From an uncultured Planctomycetaceae bacterium (GTDB taxonomy: Bacteria > Planctomycetota > Planctomycetia > Planctomycetales > Planctomycetaceae): a DNA stretch of 64,000 bases. Positions 1-10,014 of this stretch are shown piece after piece; position 1 is the first letter of the stretch, and each line of letters begins with the position of its first letter. The notes under the pieces were generated by a model. The model ran no database searches, had not been told where the DNA came from, and saw only the letters and a list, made by a program, of their open reading frames with translations. The stretch is from the NCBI GenBank assembly GCA_963815195.1, contig CAWFGE010000007.1:96001-160000 (forward strand). Reading direction: 5' to 3'. A program made the translations under genes and the position numbers.

Positions 1-2610
1 TGCAAGAGTTTTCGCAGAAGTTCCGCGGCCACGTTCTTATGGTCGATTCCCCGCACTTCATCCAGAAACTCATCGGACAGAATCGAAATGTCCGGCTTCT
101 TCAGGCCGGCGGCCGAGAAAACGTCGATCACTTCCCCAGGGGCGGCCACGGCTTTGGAAACCAACTGGCGCACCGCATGATCCAAGTTTTCCTCCGTGTG
201 GTTTTCCCCCGATGGTTTGACCAAAGCGGCGCGAACGGCTTGGAAAAACGAAATATCATCCCGCAATGCGATCGCATCCTCATGGGCAGCACAGAGGGCA
301 AACGCTTTCGAGAGATCCCCCACGGCTTTCCTGAACCGCCCCTTCCCGTCTTCCTGCGATAAAACATGCTCTTGCGCGGGGGGAATCAGGTTCAAGCGTT
401 CGCTGGGGGTTCCCGTCAACCAGAGGGACCAATCGAAACCGTGCATGATGTCAGAGCAGATTTCGTGTTTCTCTTTCAAGGCGGCCACGGCTTCGGCCGT
501 GTCGATGGTCGTCTGCCCTTTGCCCCCGCTTTCGGTGTAAACCGCGAGGGCGTGTTTCAGTTGATCGGCCAACCCCAAATAATCGACCACCAACCCGCCC
601 GGCTTATCCTTGAACACCCGATTCACGCGGGCGATGGCTTGCATCAGCCCGTGGCCTCGCATGGGCTTGTCCACATACATCGTGTGCAGACAGGGGGCAT
701 CGAAGCCGGTCAGCCACATATCCCGCACGATCACGATTCTGAAGGAATCCTTCGGATCCTTGAACCGGGTCGCCAGGGCCTTGCGGCGGGCTTTGTTGCG
801 GATGTGCTGTTGCCAGGCGGGATCATCCGAAGCCGATCCCGTCATCACGATTTTGATTTCGCCGTTGGTGTCGTCTTCATCGTGCCAATCGGGACGTAAG
901 GCGATGATTTCGTTGTAAAGATCAACGCAAATTCGGCGGCTCATGCAAACCACCATCGCCTTGCCTTCCATCGCTTCCGTGCGCCGCTCGAAGTGTTCCA
1001 CCAAATCCTTGGCAATCAGCTTGATGCGATGCTCATTCCCCACCAGGGCCTCGAGCGCGGCCCATTTGCTTTTGAGTTTTTCCTTGCATTCCGCTTCCTG
1101 CCCTTCGGTCAATTCCTCAAACTCATCGTCCAGCTTGGGCAGTTCCTTTTCCTTCAGCGTCAGCCGGGCGATTCGGCTTTCGTAATAGATGGGAACCGTC
1201 GCCTTGTCTTCCACGGCCCGCTGGATGTCATAAATCGAAACATAATCCCCGAACACGGCCCGCGTGTTGGCATCGGTCTTTTCGATCGGCGTTCCGGTGA
1301 AGCCGATGAAAGAGGCATTCGGCAAACCGTCCCGCATGTTCCGGGCCAAACCATCGACCAAATCATATTGGGAACGGTGGGCTTCATCGGCAATCACGAT
1401 GATGTTTTCCCGATCCGAGATCATCGGGAAGCGGCCCCCGCGTTCATCGGGCAGGAATTTTTGAATCGTCGTGAAAACCACTCCCCCGCTGGCCACGTTC
1501 AAGAGTTCCCGCAAATGCTTGACGGACTCGGCTTGAATCGGCTCTTGTCTCAGTAATTCATGGCAGCGCTGAAACTGCCCGAAAAGTTGATCGTCCAAAT
1601 CGTTCCGGTCGGTCAACACCACCAGCGTGGGATTGTTCATCGCGGGATGCAGAACGATTTGCCCCGCATAAAACAGCATCGAAAAACTTTTGCCCGATCC
1701 CTGGGTATGCCAAACCACGCCGCACCGCCGATCCCCCTGCTGGGCTGGAGGCTTTCACGGTGGCCTTCACCGCCTGTTGAACGGCGTGATATTGATGATA
1801 ACCCGCAAGAATCTTGTGGATCCGGTCGCTGTCCGTATCGGCTTCAAAAGCGATGAAATGCCGGAGGATTTTCAGCAACCGATCCTTGGCGAACACGCCG
1901 CGCACCAGGGTTTCCAATTCCAAGTTCGGGCCGGCGATTTCGTCCCCTTCGATGGTTCGCCAGGGCTTGAACCATTCCTTGTTGGCCGTCAACGAACCGA
2001 TGCGGGCGTAGGTTCCATCGGAAACCACCATCAACTCGTTGAAGTGAAACAGGGACGGGATTTGCTGTTTGTAGGTTTGCAGTTGGTTCCAGGCGGTCCA
2101 AATGGTCGCATTCTCATCGGCCGCGTTTTTCAGTTCGATCACGGCCAACGGCAAACCGTTCAGGAACACCACAACATCCGCCCGGCGGTTGTGCTGCCCT
2201 TCAATCACCGTGAACTGGTTCACGGCCAGCCAATCGTTGTTGTCGGGATGGTCGAAATCCACCAACCGCACCCGATCCCCGGCAATGGAACCATCGGCCC
2301 GGCGATACTCGATTTCCACGCCATCCCGCAACTGCCGATGAAACGTGCGGTTCTGCTCCACCAGCGAGGGCGATTCCGGCCGAAGCACTTTCCGCAAGGC
2401 TTCTTCGCGGGCTTCCGGGGGAATGCGCGGATTCAAGCGGTCGATCGCATCACGCAGCCGGCCCACCAAAACCACATCGCCAAAAGATTCCCGTTCCGCG
2501 GCCGGTTCTTCGGGGGCAATGTCGGAACCGTGCAACGTGGCGAACCCAAGTTCCCCCAACCATTCCAGCGTGGCGGCTTCCACATGGCTTTCAAAAAGTC
2601 CCGCGCTCAT
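1..2610 (-). CDS. hsdR: Type I restriction enzyme R subunit (runs off the left edge; one apparent frameshift at ~1737)
   Basis: ORF 1558..2610 has the HsdR N-terminal nuclease region ([21 protein letters not shown]). After a G5 run at ~1734-1738 another frame continues [20 protein letters not shown] (Walker A), then [10 protein letters not shown] and FIGFTGTP (SF2 helicase motifs). Confidence 0.95.
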
Positions 2611-2677
2611 GGCCTACTCTCATTCTGTGTTCGGTGGATTCCCAGCGTGCACCGACATTGTTGCCGTTCACCATTCT

Positions 2678-2934
2678 CGTTTCGTGATCGACAAACCAGC
2701 TTGACGATCACCGATGATCCACAAAACGGCTTGTCGATCAAAAATACCGTTTCGTGATCGACAAAGCATTTTGACGATCACCGATGATCCACAAAACGGC
2801 TTGTCGATCAAAAATACCGTTTCGTGATCGACAAAGCATTTTGACGATCACCGATGATCCACAAAACGGCTTGTCGATCAAAAATACCGTTTCGTGATCG
2901 ACAAAGCATTTTGACGATCAACCGTGATCGTCAA
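2678..2934. repeat. 70-bp tandem repeat (3 full units plus a partial) built from 26-bp imperfect palindromes TGATC(G/C)ACAA-N6-TTG(A/T)CGATCA
   Basis: TTCGTGATCG recurs at 2681, 2751, 2821 and 2891. Boxes start at 2685, 2715, 2755, 2785, 2825, 2855 and 2895, with a half-site at 2925. Confidence 0.95.
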
Positions 2935-4074
2935 AAAGCCTCCCTGCCTTCCGCAATGTTCAACAGTTCGGGAAATGCATAAATCGCGGCCCTTCGTCCG
3001 CTGGATTCCACCAGAGGCTTCAGCATCTCTTCTTCGCAAAGCAGCCGCAGGATGCGCCTCGCCGAGGGCGCGGGCATTCGAGAGTGGGCAATCAAATCGG
3101 ATGACTTGAAAATCGGCTGGTCGAACAGGAAATCCAATGCCGCGATCGCGTGTTGCGAATGCGTCACATCCACCATCCACTCTTTCTTGGCCGAATACAA
3201 CTCTAAAATCTGCCGGGCTTTCTCTTCGTTCTTCCCGGCTTGCTCCGTCAAGGCGGCCAGAAAGAACTGCGCACCAGCCCGTCCAATCATCATCGCGGGA
3301 CACCGCGAGCAGGCCGTCGAAGTATTCCTGCCGGTTGCGCTCGAGGTAATCGCTCACGTAGAAATTCGGCGTGTGGAGCAAGCCCCGCTCAAACAGGAAC
3401 AACGGAACCAGCATCCGCCCCATGCGGCCGTTGCCATCCAGAAACGGATGCAGAGACTCAAACTCCGCATGCACGATCGCCAACTGAACCAAGGCGTCCG
3501 GCTCCTTGGAATGCAGATACTTTTCCCATTGGCTCATCGCATCGGCAAGGCGTTCCGGGGCGATCGGTTCAAACCGGGCTTCTTCAATCGGGCGATTCGG
3601 GTTGCCGATGTAATTCTGAATGGTTCGATACTTGCCCCGCGCCTTGTCGTGGCCGCGCACGCCGGAAAGCAACGTGGCGTGGGCTTGCTTGATGACCCGC
3701 CCGCAAAGCGGCAGTTTGTCCAAAGCCTGAACCGCCTCGCGAATCGCCCGGCGGTAGTTGAGCACTTCCACAATATCTTCGGCCTTCGCGGGATCGGCGG
3801 TTTCCTTGCCGGCCTCATATTCCAAGACTTCCCCCATCGTGGCGTAGGTCCCCTCGATTCGCGAAGACAACACCGCTTCCTGCGTCGTCAACGGCGAGAG
3901 CAAAATGTTCGCATTCGGAATCGCGGAGAGAAGCCCATCATACCGGGCGAGCGCAGCGGCGGCGGGACCGATCAACGGAACCAACCGGGACCAGTCGATC
4001 TTCTGGGGCGGAAATTTTCCGATGTGATAACGGACCGGCCTCGATGTCCGCTGGGTCGCATTCTTCTTCGCCAT
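2931..4074 (-). CDS. Fic family protein (AMPylase-type) with N-terminal inhibitory motif and probable C-terminal HTH; apparent frameshift at ~3270
   Basis: Canonical HPFLDGNGRMGR motif and SSRIEG (S/T)xxxE(G/N) motif. The C-terminus (QFFLAAL...YAFPELLNIAEGREAF) is in ORF 2931..3293. Confidence 0.9.
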
Positions 4075-4093
4075 CACATTTGATCTTTCAATC

Positions 4094-4360
4094 TCATCGG
4101 CTCGCGGTTTTTGGAAACCCAATCGTCGAATCCAGCCGGTTGAGCATCTTGAAATCAAACGAACGATCGATACGGTCCACGGCGTCGATCTGCCGTTGCT
4201 TGGGCATCGAGAACTCGGCCACCCACCATCCCGGTTCGCCCTCCTTGGCGAAGACTCGCACGCTTTCCCGGTTGTCCGTCAATCCCATCGCGACGCAGTG
4301 CAGGTCTCTTTCGGATTCTTCCGCTTCTTCATCAAATAGCACTTCCAACCTGACGTTCAT
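4094..4360 (-). CDS. Small hypothetical protein (88 aa, MNVRLEVLFD...)
   Basis: ATG at 4360 preceded by AAGGAG; same strand as the operon; protein-like composition. Confidence 0.65.
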   Translation of the reverse strand: MNVRLEVLFDEEAEESERDLHCVAMGLTDNRESVRVFAKEGEPGWWVAEFSMPKQRQIDAVDRIDRSFDFKMLNRLDSTIGFPKTASR

Positions 4361-4406
4361 GGCGTTCTCCTTCGCGTTACATTCTGAATAAATCCGTGAA
4401 ATCCGA

Positions 4407-4709
4407 TCACTCCGCATAAGCCTTGGCCCGCAAAGCCTTGATTCGTTCGTGCAGCGTCTGCATCGCTTCATATCCCGGTCCCCATTGGTCCGGGTACTCT
4501 CCAGCATCTCGTAAAGCCATCGCGGTCACATCTTCGAGGCAGTCCAAATCCCAGCGGTGGAAACCGATGGGCCGCGTTCCCTGGTAATTCTCAATCCGGT
4601 CGTCCAACCCGAAGGCATCGGCCATCTGCCAGGTGAACTTCTTCAATTCCTCCAACTCCCGCCCGCTGATGCGGAGGGAATACTTCTTGTCGCCCGATCC
4701 TGATTTCAT
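4407..4709 (-). CDS. Small hypothetical protein (100 aa, MKSGSGDKKY...)
   Basis: ATG at 4709 preceded by AGGAAGGAG; co-oriented with the R-M operon. Confidence 0.7.
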   Translation of the reverse strand: MKSGSGDKKYSLRISGRELEELKKFTWQMADAFGLDDRIENYQGTRPIGFHRWDLDCLEDVTAMALRDAGEYPDQWGPGYEAMQTLHERIKALRAKAYAE

Positions 4710-4827
4710 TCGATCACTCCTTCCTGAGATTTGGCGAACCTGCCGGAACATCCTCGTGTCCTATTCTTTACAAACTAACATGATAACATGAACAGGTGGT
4801 CCGAAGCGAGAATCCTTGCATTTTCAA

Positions 4828-4856
4828 TTGACTTGGACCGATCCTGAACCGATAAT
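4828..4856 (+). promoter_or_regulatory. sigma70-type promoter driving the small RNA
   Basis: TTGACT (4828-4833), 17-nt spacer, GATAAT (4851-4856). Confidence 0.75.
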
Positions 4857-4862
4857 TCCTTT

Positions 4863-4918
4863 GGAGGCTCGGCCTAGGAGCGACTTTCGGGTGGCTCCAA
4901 CGGCATTGCCTCTTTTTT
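4863..4918 (+). ncRNA. Putative ~56-nt structured small RNA convergent to the DUF3800 gene (DUF3800-associated RNA candidate)
   Basis: Nested stems GAGGC/GCCTC, GCC/GGC and GGAGC/GCTCC, then AC-U/G-GU closing a UUCG loop, followed by T6. It starts ~6 nt after the -10 box. Confidence 0.7.
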
Positions 4919-4925
4919 CATGCGC

Positions 4926-5805
4926 TCACCTCGCCGAATAGGGATCGGGCACATACACAATGCCGAAGGTGTTAAATACGTTGCCTTCGTGATGAGCTTG
5001 CCCCCGGAATTGAAGTTGATTCAGCCACGGCCCGAAAGTCTCGGCAATCTCGTCCCGCTTCTCCGCATCCATGCCTTTCGCCCGCAAGCGGAACCCCCAA
5101 TTCACGCAATAAATGCACAAGTCGGCGGCTTGAACCGCATAGGTCATATCGGACGAAACAAAAAACGGCGTCGGGACAATCCAACTGGTTCGGTAACGTC
5201 CATTGTCGGTTTTTGTGAAATACCGTTCCATGCGACGAACAAACCGGCGGTCTTCGGCCTTATCCACTTCGTCCATTACCAAAATGCCGTGTTCTTGCTT
5301 TTCCTCCAGCACATAAAAAAATCGCTCGAACAGAAACACCTGATCTTTTCGCAGGTATTCCACCGCTGCGTTCGTCTCTGGCTTTTTCACGTCGCGGGGA
5401 ATCGCCGCCGCGAACAGTTTGGCCCCGTGGTCGCGGAGCAATTCAAAAATCCCCTTCGCCATTTCCAAGCAGGCTTGACCGTATGCCGTGAACTCGTCGC
5501 GGAACGGGGATTTCTTCTCCAAGCCCTTCGTCAGAAATCCCCGACAATGCTTCCGCCGGGCTTCGTCCGGCATGGGATCGGCTTGCCTGGCGAACCGGAA
5601 TCGCTTTTTGTCTAACAGCGTGCTGCCCTTGATTTCTTTCTGGTACAAACTCAACTCCGCTCCGAAGCAATCGAGTTCCAATCGCTGCACGGCTTGGATG
5701 AACGGCCAAAGCTTGGCTGGCATGAATCGCCACGCCGCCGCGAACTTCATAGGGCATCTGCCTGTGATCGTGGCCGCTCTCATCCAGGAAAAGCATCCAA
5801 CTCAT
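4926..5805 (-). CDS. DUF3800 domain protein (apparent frameshift at ~5715)
   Basis: N-terminal LFLDESG (ORF 5443..5805) joins the ORF 4926..5783 frame, which contains LVMDE and the C-terminal VQAADL motif typical of DUF3800. The start overlaps the hsdS stop. Confidence 0.85.
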
Positions 5806-7169
5806 CAGACCAGCCTTTCGGCAATCGTCTCGGCTTCAGAAACGCGAATTTCCCCAGAGAGAAGCTTGGGAAGCAACGTGTCACGAATTTTTTCAAGGCA
5901 GTGATTTTGGCTAATGGATTGCTCACATCTTTCGTGTACATCTCGGGCAAAGGATTCGAACCGTTCCACCAACTTTTTGGGCGGTACTACGATTTCGGGC
6001 TTCTGGAGGGCATCTTGGGGGAGCATGTTTACGGTTGTGCCGTTTCCATAACCGCTCACGATTTGATGCATTTGCGTTGAATTAAAGAGATACGAGATGT
6101 AATAGGGCATCAGGCAGGCGTTAGGTTTTGGGCGGACACGGTATAGATGGTGGCTGAAAAGTCCGAACTCGCCAAATCGTTTCGGGACCACAGCGGAATA
6201 GCCGAGGAGAAGGCAATCATGCCCTTGTTCTGTGTTGGTTACGATCACGTCTCCCGGTTTGATGATGTGCCGATCTTTGTACTCACCGAGATAGTATTTC
6301 ATCCCCTCATGCTTGTAGCCCCCTCCCTCATAAACTGAATTTAGGTTGTGAAGTGGCACGCCCGCATCCGATAGGCCGGAACCCTTGTAGCTCAATCCTT
6401 TTTTGGCATCGATTTGCTGTTTCATTGCCGACACACTCCAACCCCGTGGCGTGTGGCCGAGTTCGGTTTCTTCCATCGAATCCGGGAACAAAGCGGCGGT
6501 GGCTTCGTCCATGCCGATGGGTTGCCGGCCATCCATCTTGGCCCGCACGGGGTCGAAGTCCACAAACCAACTCTTGAAGATCGCCCGCGACATCGCTTCC
6601 AGCGTCTCATTCATCCGCCGGTTGAGTTCGATCTTGTCGTCTAATGCTCCGAGAATATGGGCGATGGCTTTTTGTTCGCGTGGTGGAAGCAGTGTGATCC
6701 TCAGGCGACGCTGATCGGTAAGGCTAAGATAGGGGGCCATATCGGTTGATGCTTTCATTCCTGAAAGCTGGCGTTCAAATTCCCTGCCTTGAGACCAATA
6801 TCGGAGGAATCCGCTCGACAGTTTCTCTTCATCCAGTGTTCGCCAAAAACTCAAATGTGGCGAGTAAACGAAAGGCGGCATCCGAGTTGTAACGAAGGAG
6901 GTGCGGCCTGTGCTGTTCCCCTTCGTTGTGACGATGGTGTCACCGGGACGTGCCATCTTGTTTTGAAGTTTCCCCTCAAGTTTCGCATGAAAACGGTCAA
7001 CCCCCTCGAAATCAATGTGGGTGTCAGAAACATGACCGGCACGAAGAAAAATTACGCCATCCCCTCCAAGTTCCCGATTCTTTGCACGGTAGCCATCACC
7101 GATTTCAAGTACCCTTCGGTCGATCAATTCTTGAAAACTTGTTGAGACAAAACCATTCTCACTCCCCAT
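5805..7169 (-). CDS. hsdS: Type I R-M specificity subunit
   Basis: Two TRDs plus conserved [27 protein letters not shown] and [15 protein letters not shown]. The start overlaps the hsdM 3' end. Confidence 0.95.
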   Translation of the reverse strand: MGSENGFVSTSFQELIDRRVLEIGDGYRAKNRELGGDGVIFLRAGHVSDTHIDFEGVDRFHAKLEGKLQNKMARPGDTIVTTKGNSTGRTSFVTTRMPPFVYSPHLSFWRTLDEEKLSSGFLRYWSQGREFERQLSGMKASTDMAPYLSLTDQRRLRITLLPPREQKAIAHILGALDDKIELNRRMNETLEAMSRAIFKSWFVDFDPVRAKMDGRQPIGMDEATAALFPDSMEETELGHTPRGWSVSAMKQQIDAKKGLSYKGSGLSDAGVPLHNLNSVYEGGGYKHEGMKYYLGEYKDRHIIKPGDVIVTNTEQGHDCLLLGYSAVVPKRFGEFGLFSHHLYRVRPKPNACLMPYYISYLFNSTQMHQIVSGYGNGTTVNMLPQDALQKPEIVVPPKKLVERFESFARDVHERCEQSISQNHCLEKIRDTLLPKLLSGEIRVSEAETIAERLV

Positions 7170-8736
7170 AGCCCAAGCCCTCCAAGTTTGAGCGAATGGC
7201 GGCTTCGAGTTTCGCCGATTCCGCGAACTGCTCATTCAGTGTCGTCACCAAGCGTTGCATCTTGTCTTCAAAGGGTTCATCGTCTTCTTCGAGTTCTTCG
7301 GCTCCCACATAGCGGCCCGGCGTGAGAACGTAGCCGTGCTTGGCGATGTCTTCCTTCGTGGCCGATTTGCAGAAACCGGGGATGTCTTCGTAACCAGGGG
7401 GCTTACGCCCCCCGCTCGCCTTGTCCCCACGCCAGGCATGGTAAGTATTGGCCAGCTTGAGAATTTCCTCATCGGTCAATTCGCGATGCACGCGGTCGAT
7501 GAGTTTCCCCAACTTGCGGGCATCCAGAAATAAGGTTTCGCCCCGCCGATCCCGCCGTTTGCCATCGTTTTTGTTTCGCGTGAGGAACCACAGGCAAACC
7601 GGAATTTGCGTGGAGTAGAACAACTGGCCGGGCAGGGCGACCATGCAATCCACGAGGTCGGCTTCCACCATCGCTTTGCGGATCTCGCCTTCGCCGGATT
7701 GGTTGGAACTCATCGAACCATTCGCCAGTACAAAGCCCGCAAAGCCGGCGGGGGCCAAATGGTGGATGAAATGTTGCACCCAGGCAAAGTTTGCGTTCCC
7801 CTTGGGCGGGATGCCGAACTTCCACCGCACATCCTCTTCATTGCGGATCCAATCGCTGTCATTGAACGGAGGATTCGCCAGCACAAAATCGGCTTTCAAA
7901 TCCTTGTGCAAATCGCGGCGGAAGGTGTCGGCGTGTTCGGGGCCGATGTTTCCATCAATCCCCCGAATCGCCAGATTCATAATCGCCAGCCGGCGGGTGG
8001 TGGGGTTGGACTCTTGCCCGTAAATCGCGATGTCGCCGATCTTCCCCCCGTGGGCTTCCACGAACTTTTCCGATTGCACGAACATCCCGCCCGATCCGCA
8101 ACAGGGATCGTACACCCGGCCTTTGTAGGGGGCCAGCATTTCCACCAACACGCGAACCACGCAGCGCGGCGTGTAGAACTGCCCGCCCTTTTTGCCTTCG
8201 GCGCTCGCGAACTGAGACAGGAAGTATTCGTAAACCCGGCCCAAAACATCCTTGGAACGGTTCTCCGCATCCCCCAGGCCGATGGTTCCAATCAGGTCGA
8301 TCAATTCTCCCAAGCGGTGCTTGTCGAGGGCAGGCCGGGCGAAATCCTTGGGCAGCGTCCCTTTCAGGCTTTTGTTGTCCCGTTCGATGGCGACCATCGC
8401 ATCGTCGATCAATTTCCCGATGTCCGGCTGTTTGGCCTTCGATTGCAGAAACGGCCAGCGGGCTTCCTTGGGAACCCAAAACACATGCTCGGCCCGGTAT
8501 TCATCGGGATCTTCGGGATCGGCCCCTTCCTCCATTTCCGCCAAAAGGGCCTGATGCCTTTCCTCAAACGCATCGGAAATGTACTTCAGGAAGATCAGCC
8601 CCAAAACCACATGCTTGTATTCGGCGGCATCCATGTTGTTCCGCAGCTTGTCCGCCGCGGCCCACATTTTGGCCTCAAACCCAAGATTCGCCCCATTGCC
8701 GTTGGATTCCTTTTTCTTCGCCTTGCGCTTTGCCAT
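7159..8736 (-). CDS. hsdM: Type I R-M N6-adenine methyltransferase subunit
   Basis: [17 protein letters not shown] (motif I) and ANPPFN (motif IV). Confidence 0.97.
   Translation of the reverse strand: MAKRKAKKKESNGNGANLGFEAKMWAAADKLRNNMDAAEYKHVVLGLIFLKYISDAFEERHQALLAEMEEGADPEDPDEYRAEHVFWVPKEARWPFLQSKAKQPDIGKLIDDAMVAIERDNKSLKGTLPKDFARPALDKHRLGELIDLIGTIGLGDAENRSKDVLGRVYEYFLSQFASAEGKKGGQFYTPRCVVRVLVEMLAPYKGRVYDPCCGSGGMFVQSEKFVEAHGGKIGDIAIYGQESNPTTRRLAIMNLAIRGIDGNIGPEHADTFRRDLHKDLKADFVLANPPFNDSDWIRNEEDVRWKFGIPPKGNANFAWVQHFIHHLAPAGFAGFVLANGSMSSNQSGEGEIRKAMVEADLVDCMVALPGQLFYSTQIPVCLWFLTRNKNDGKRRDRRGETLFLDARKLGKLIDRVHRELTDEEILKLANTYHAWRGDKASGGRKPPGYEDIPGFCKSATKEDIAKHGYVLTPGRYVGAEELEEDDEPFEDKMQRLVTTLNEQFAESAKLEAAIRSNLEGLGYGE
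7392..7420. repeat. REP-like GC hairpin inside hsdM, in frame
   Basis: AACCA-GGGGGC-TTAC-GCCCCC-CGCTCG encodes ASGGRKPPG and resembles the intergenic elements at 48008, 52305 and 53584. Confidence 0.55.
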
Positions 8737-9210
8737 CAGGTCCCGATCACTTCTGAGATTGTCGATCAAAGTTGAAATGCGATTCTAACCGGCAAGGAAA
8801 CCGGATTCCAACACCGTTGCGTTTCAGCCGCGGGACAGTCCATCAACCGCACGGGAAGGGCTGCGGTTGTCGCGTTATCGACAGGCGGAGGGACCCGCCT
8901 ACGGCGTAAATCAGCCGCTCGCCGGTCCTTAAAATCCAACAGCCGAAACTCGTTCCGTGGGCGTTGGTTGGTTTTCACCAACCGCATTTGCCCCGCCCGC
9001 TTCTTTTTCAGCCGGTTCAAGGCTTTCTCGGCTTCTTCCCCGCTCGTGATAACGGGGGGAGAACCGTATCAGTTTCCATCGGCATCAGGAACAGAAATCG
9101 GTGAAAACCCGGCCATCAAAGCGGATCGGTGGGAAAATGCGAAATGTGCGGCCGGTGGGATTGTGCGGATTGCATCGGGCAGATACTCGAAGACGGATAG
9201 CGAAAGGGGA

Positions 9211-9366
9211 TTGTCCGCAGTTCAAAAATGGGAACGCCGCGGTACTCACGATGGTGCAGCATGTCGCCTGATGGATGAGATTCGACACAACCCGGAGTAT
9301 TGGCAAAAGCGGTTTCGATCAATGGCGCGACGAGTTTCGTCCCCAGAAGAATCGGCTACGACATAG
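9211..9366 (+). pseudogene. C-terminal remnant of an XRE/HigA-like HTH antitoxin or regulator
   Basis: LSAVQKWERRGTHDGAACRLMDEIRHNPEYW resembles the recognition helix and tail of HigA-like XRE proteins. No N-terminal half or convincing start; followed by a terminator. Confidence 0.5.
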
Positions 9367-9379
9367 TAATTCCTTTGAC

Positions 9380-9409
9380 ACCCGTTGGTTTGACCCAGCG
9401 GGTTTTTTT
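9380..9409 (+). terminator. Intrinsic terminator
   Basis: ACCCGTTGG-loop-CCAGCGGGT followed by a T run. Confidence 0.65.
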
Positions 9410-9952
9410 ATGTCAAGGATTTGTGATTGGTGATCCGTCGGCGGGTGCCAAAACCAAAACTTCTTAATTCAAAACCCTTCAAAAAATCTGCGCAGCTGCC
9501 GTGCGGTATCCGGGCCAACAGCCCGAAGCGATTTTGCCCCCCCCCCCCGGTCGAACCGTGGCTAGAATGCCGGCCCGCAGAGACCACCGCGCGGCAGGAT
9601 TTCATCTCATGGACGATTTCCGCGCCGTTGAAACAAACTCTCTCTTTTATGCCGGGTCTTTACCACGCCCCGCCGATCGCACCGATGTTGGGGAAGAACC
9701 TAGGCGCATCAGGTCGGCTTCGCGGATGCTTCGATCATCGCCAGGATTCCCGCTTTGATGGCATCGGGCAGCGTCGGCCAGGCGCTCGATCAAACGGGCC
9801 AAACCGGGATCGACCGGGCCGGCTTCGGAGTCAATCGCTGGCAATGGTTCGCAGGAAGAATCAGGGGTTGCAGGTACAAACAACGGTGCAAACTTTTTCG
9901 CGCCTGTTGCGGAACCCTCTTGCCCACAACCGTTTGCGTCGTTGTCCCCGTT

Positions 9953-9998
9953 CACTCGTAATGCGTAGGTCGGGAGTTCGAGTCTCCCCGGCGGCTCC
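9953..9998 (+). tRNA. 3' half of tRNA-Thr(CGT) (att-site duplication, not a functional tRNA)
   Basis: Anticodon loop CTCGTAA, TGCGT, variable AGGTC, T-arm GGGAG-TTCGAGT-CTCCC and acceptor 3' strand CGGCGGC-TCC. No D-arm or 5' acceptor strand upstream. Confidence 0.85.
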
Positions 9999-10014
9999 TT
10001 CTGCAAACTCATTC

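Larger units (their letters stand above)
1..9998. mobile_element. Right end of a tRNA-Thr-targeting integrative element or genomic island carrying the R-M locus
   Basis: Ends at a 3'-half tRNA. Arm-site-like direct repeats GGTACAAAC/GGTGCAAAC at 9873/9885. Defence cargo and gene remnants. The integrase is not in this window. Confidence 0.7.

Noticed and set aside
1734..1738. Phase-variable homopolymer switch in hsdR
   Set aside because: G5 is short for slipped-strand variation, and the window has many other indels consistent with sequencing error.
2678..2934. CRISPR array interpretation of the 70-bp repeats
   Set aside because: The intervening sequences are identical between units (no unique spacers) and no cas genes are present in the window.
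9953..9998. Functional tRNA-Thr gene
   Set aside because: It lacks the 5' acceptor strand, the D-arm and the 5' anticodon stem.
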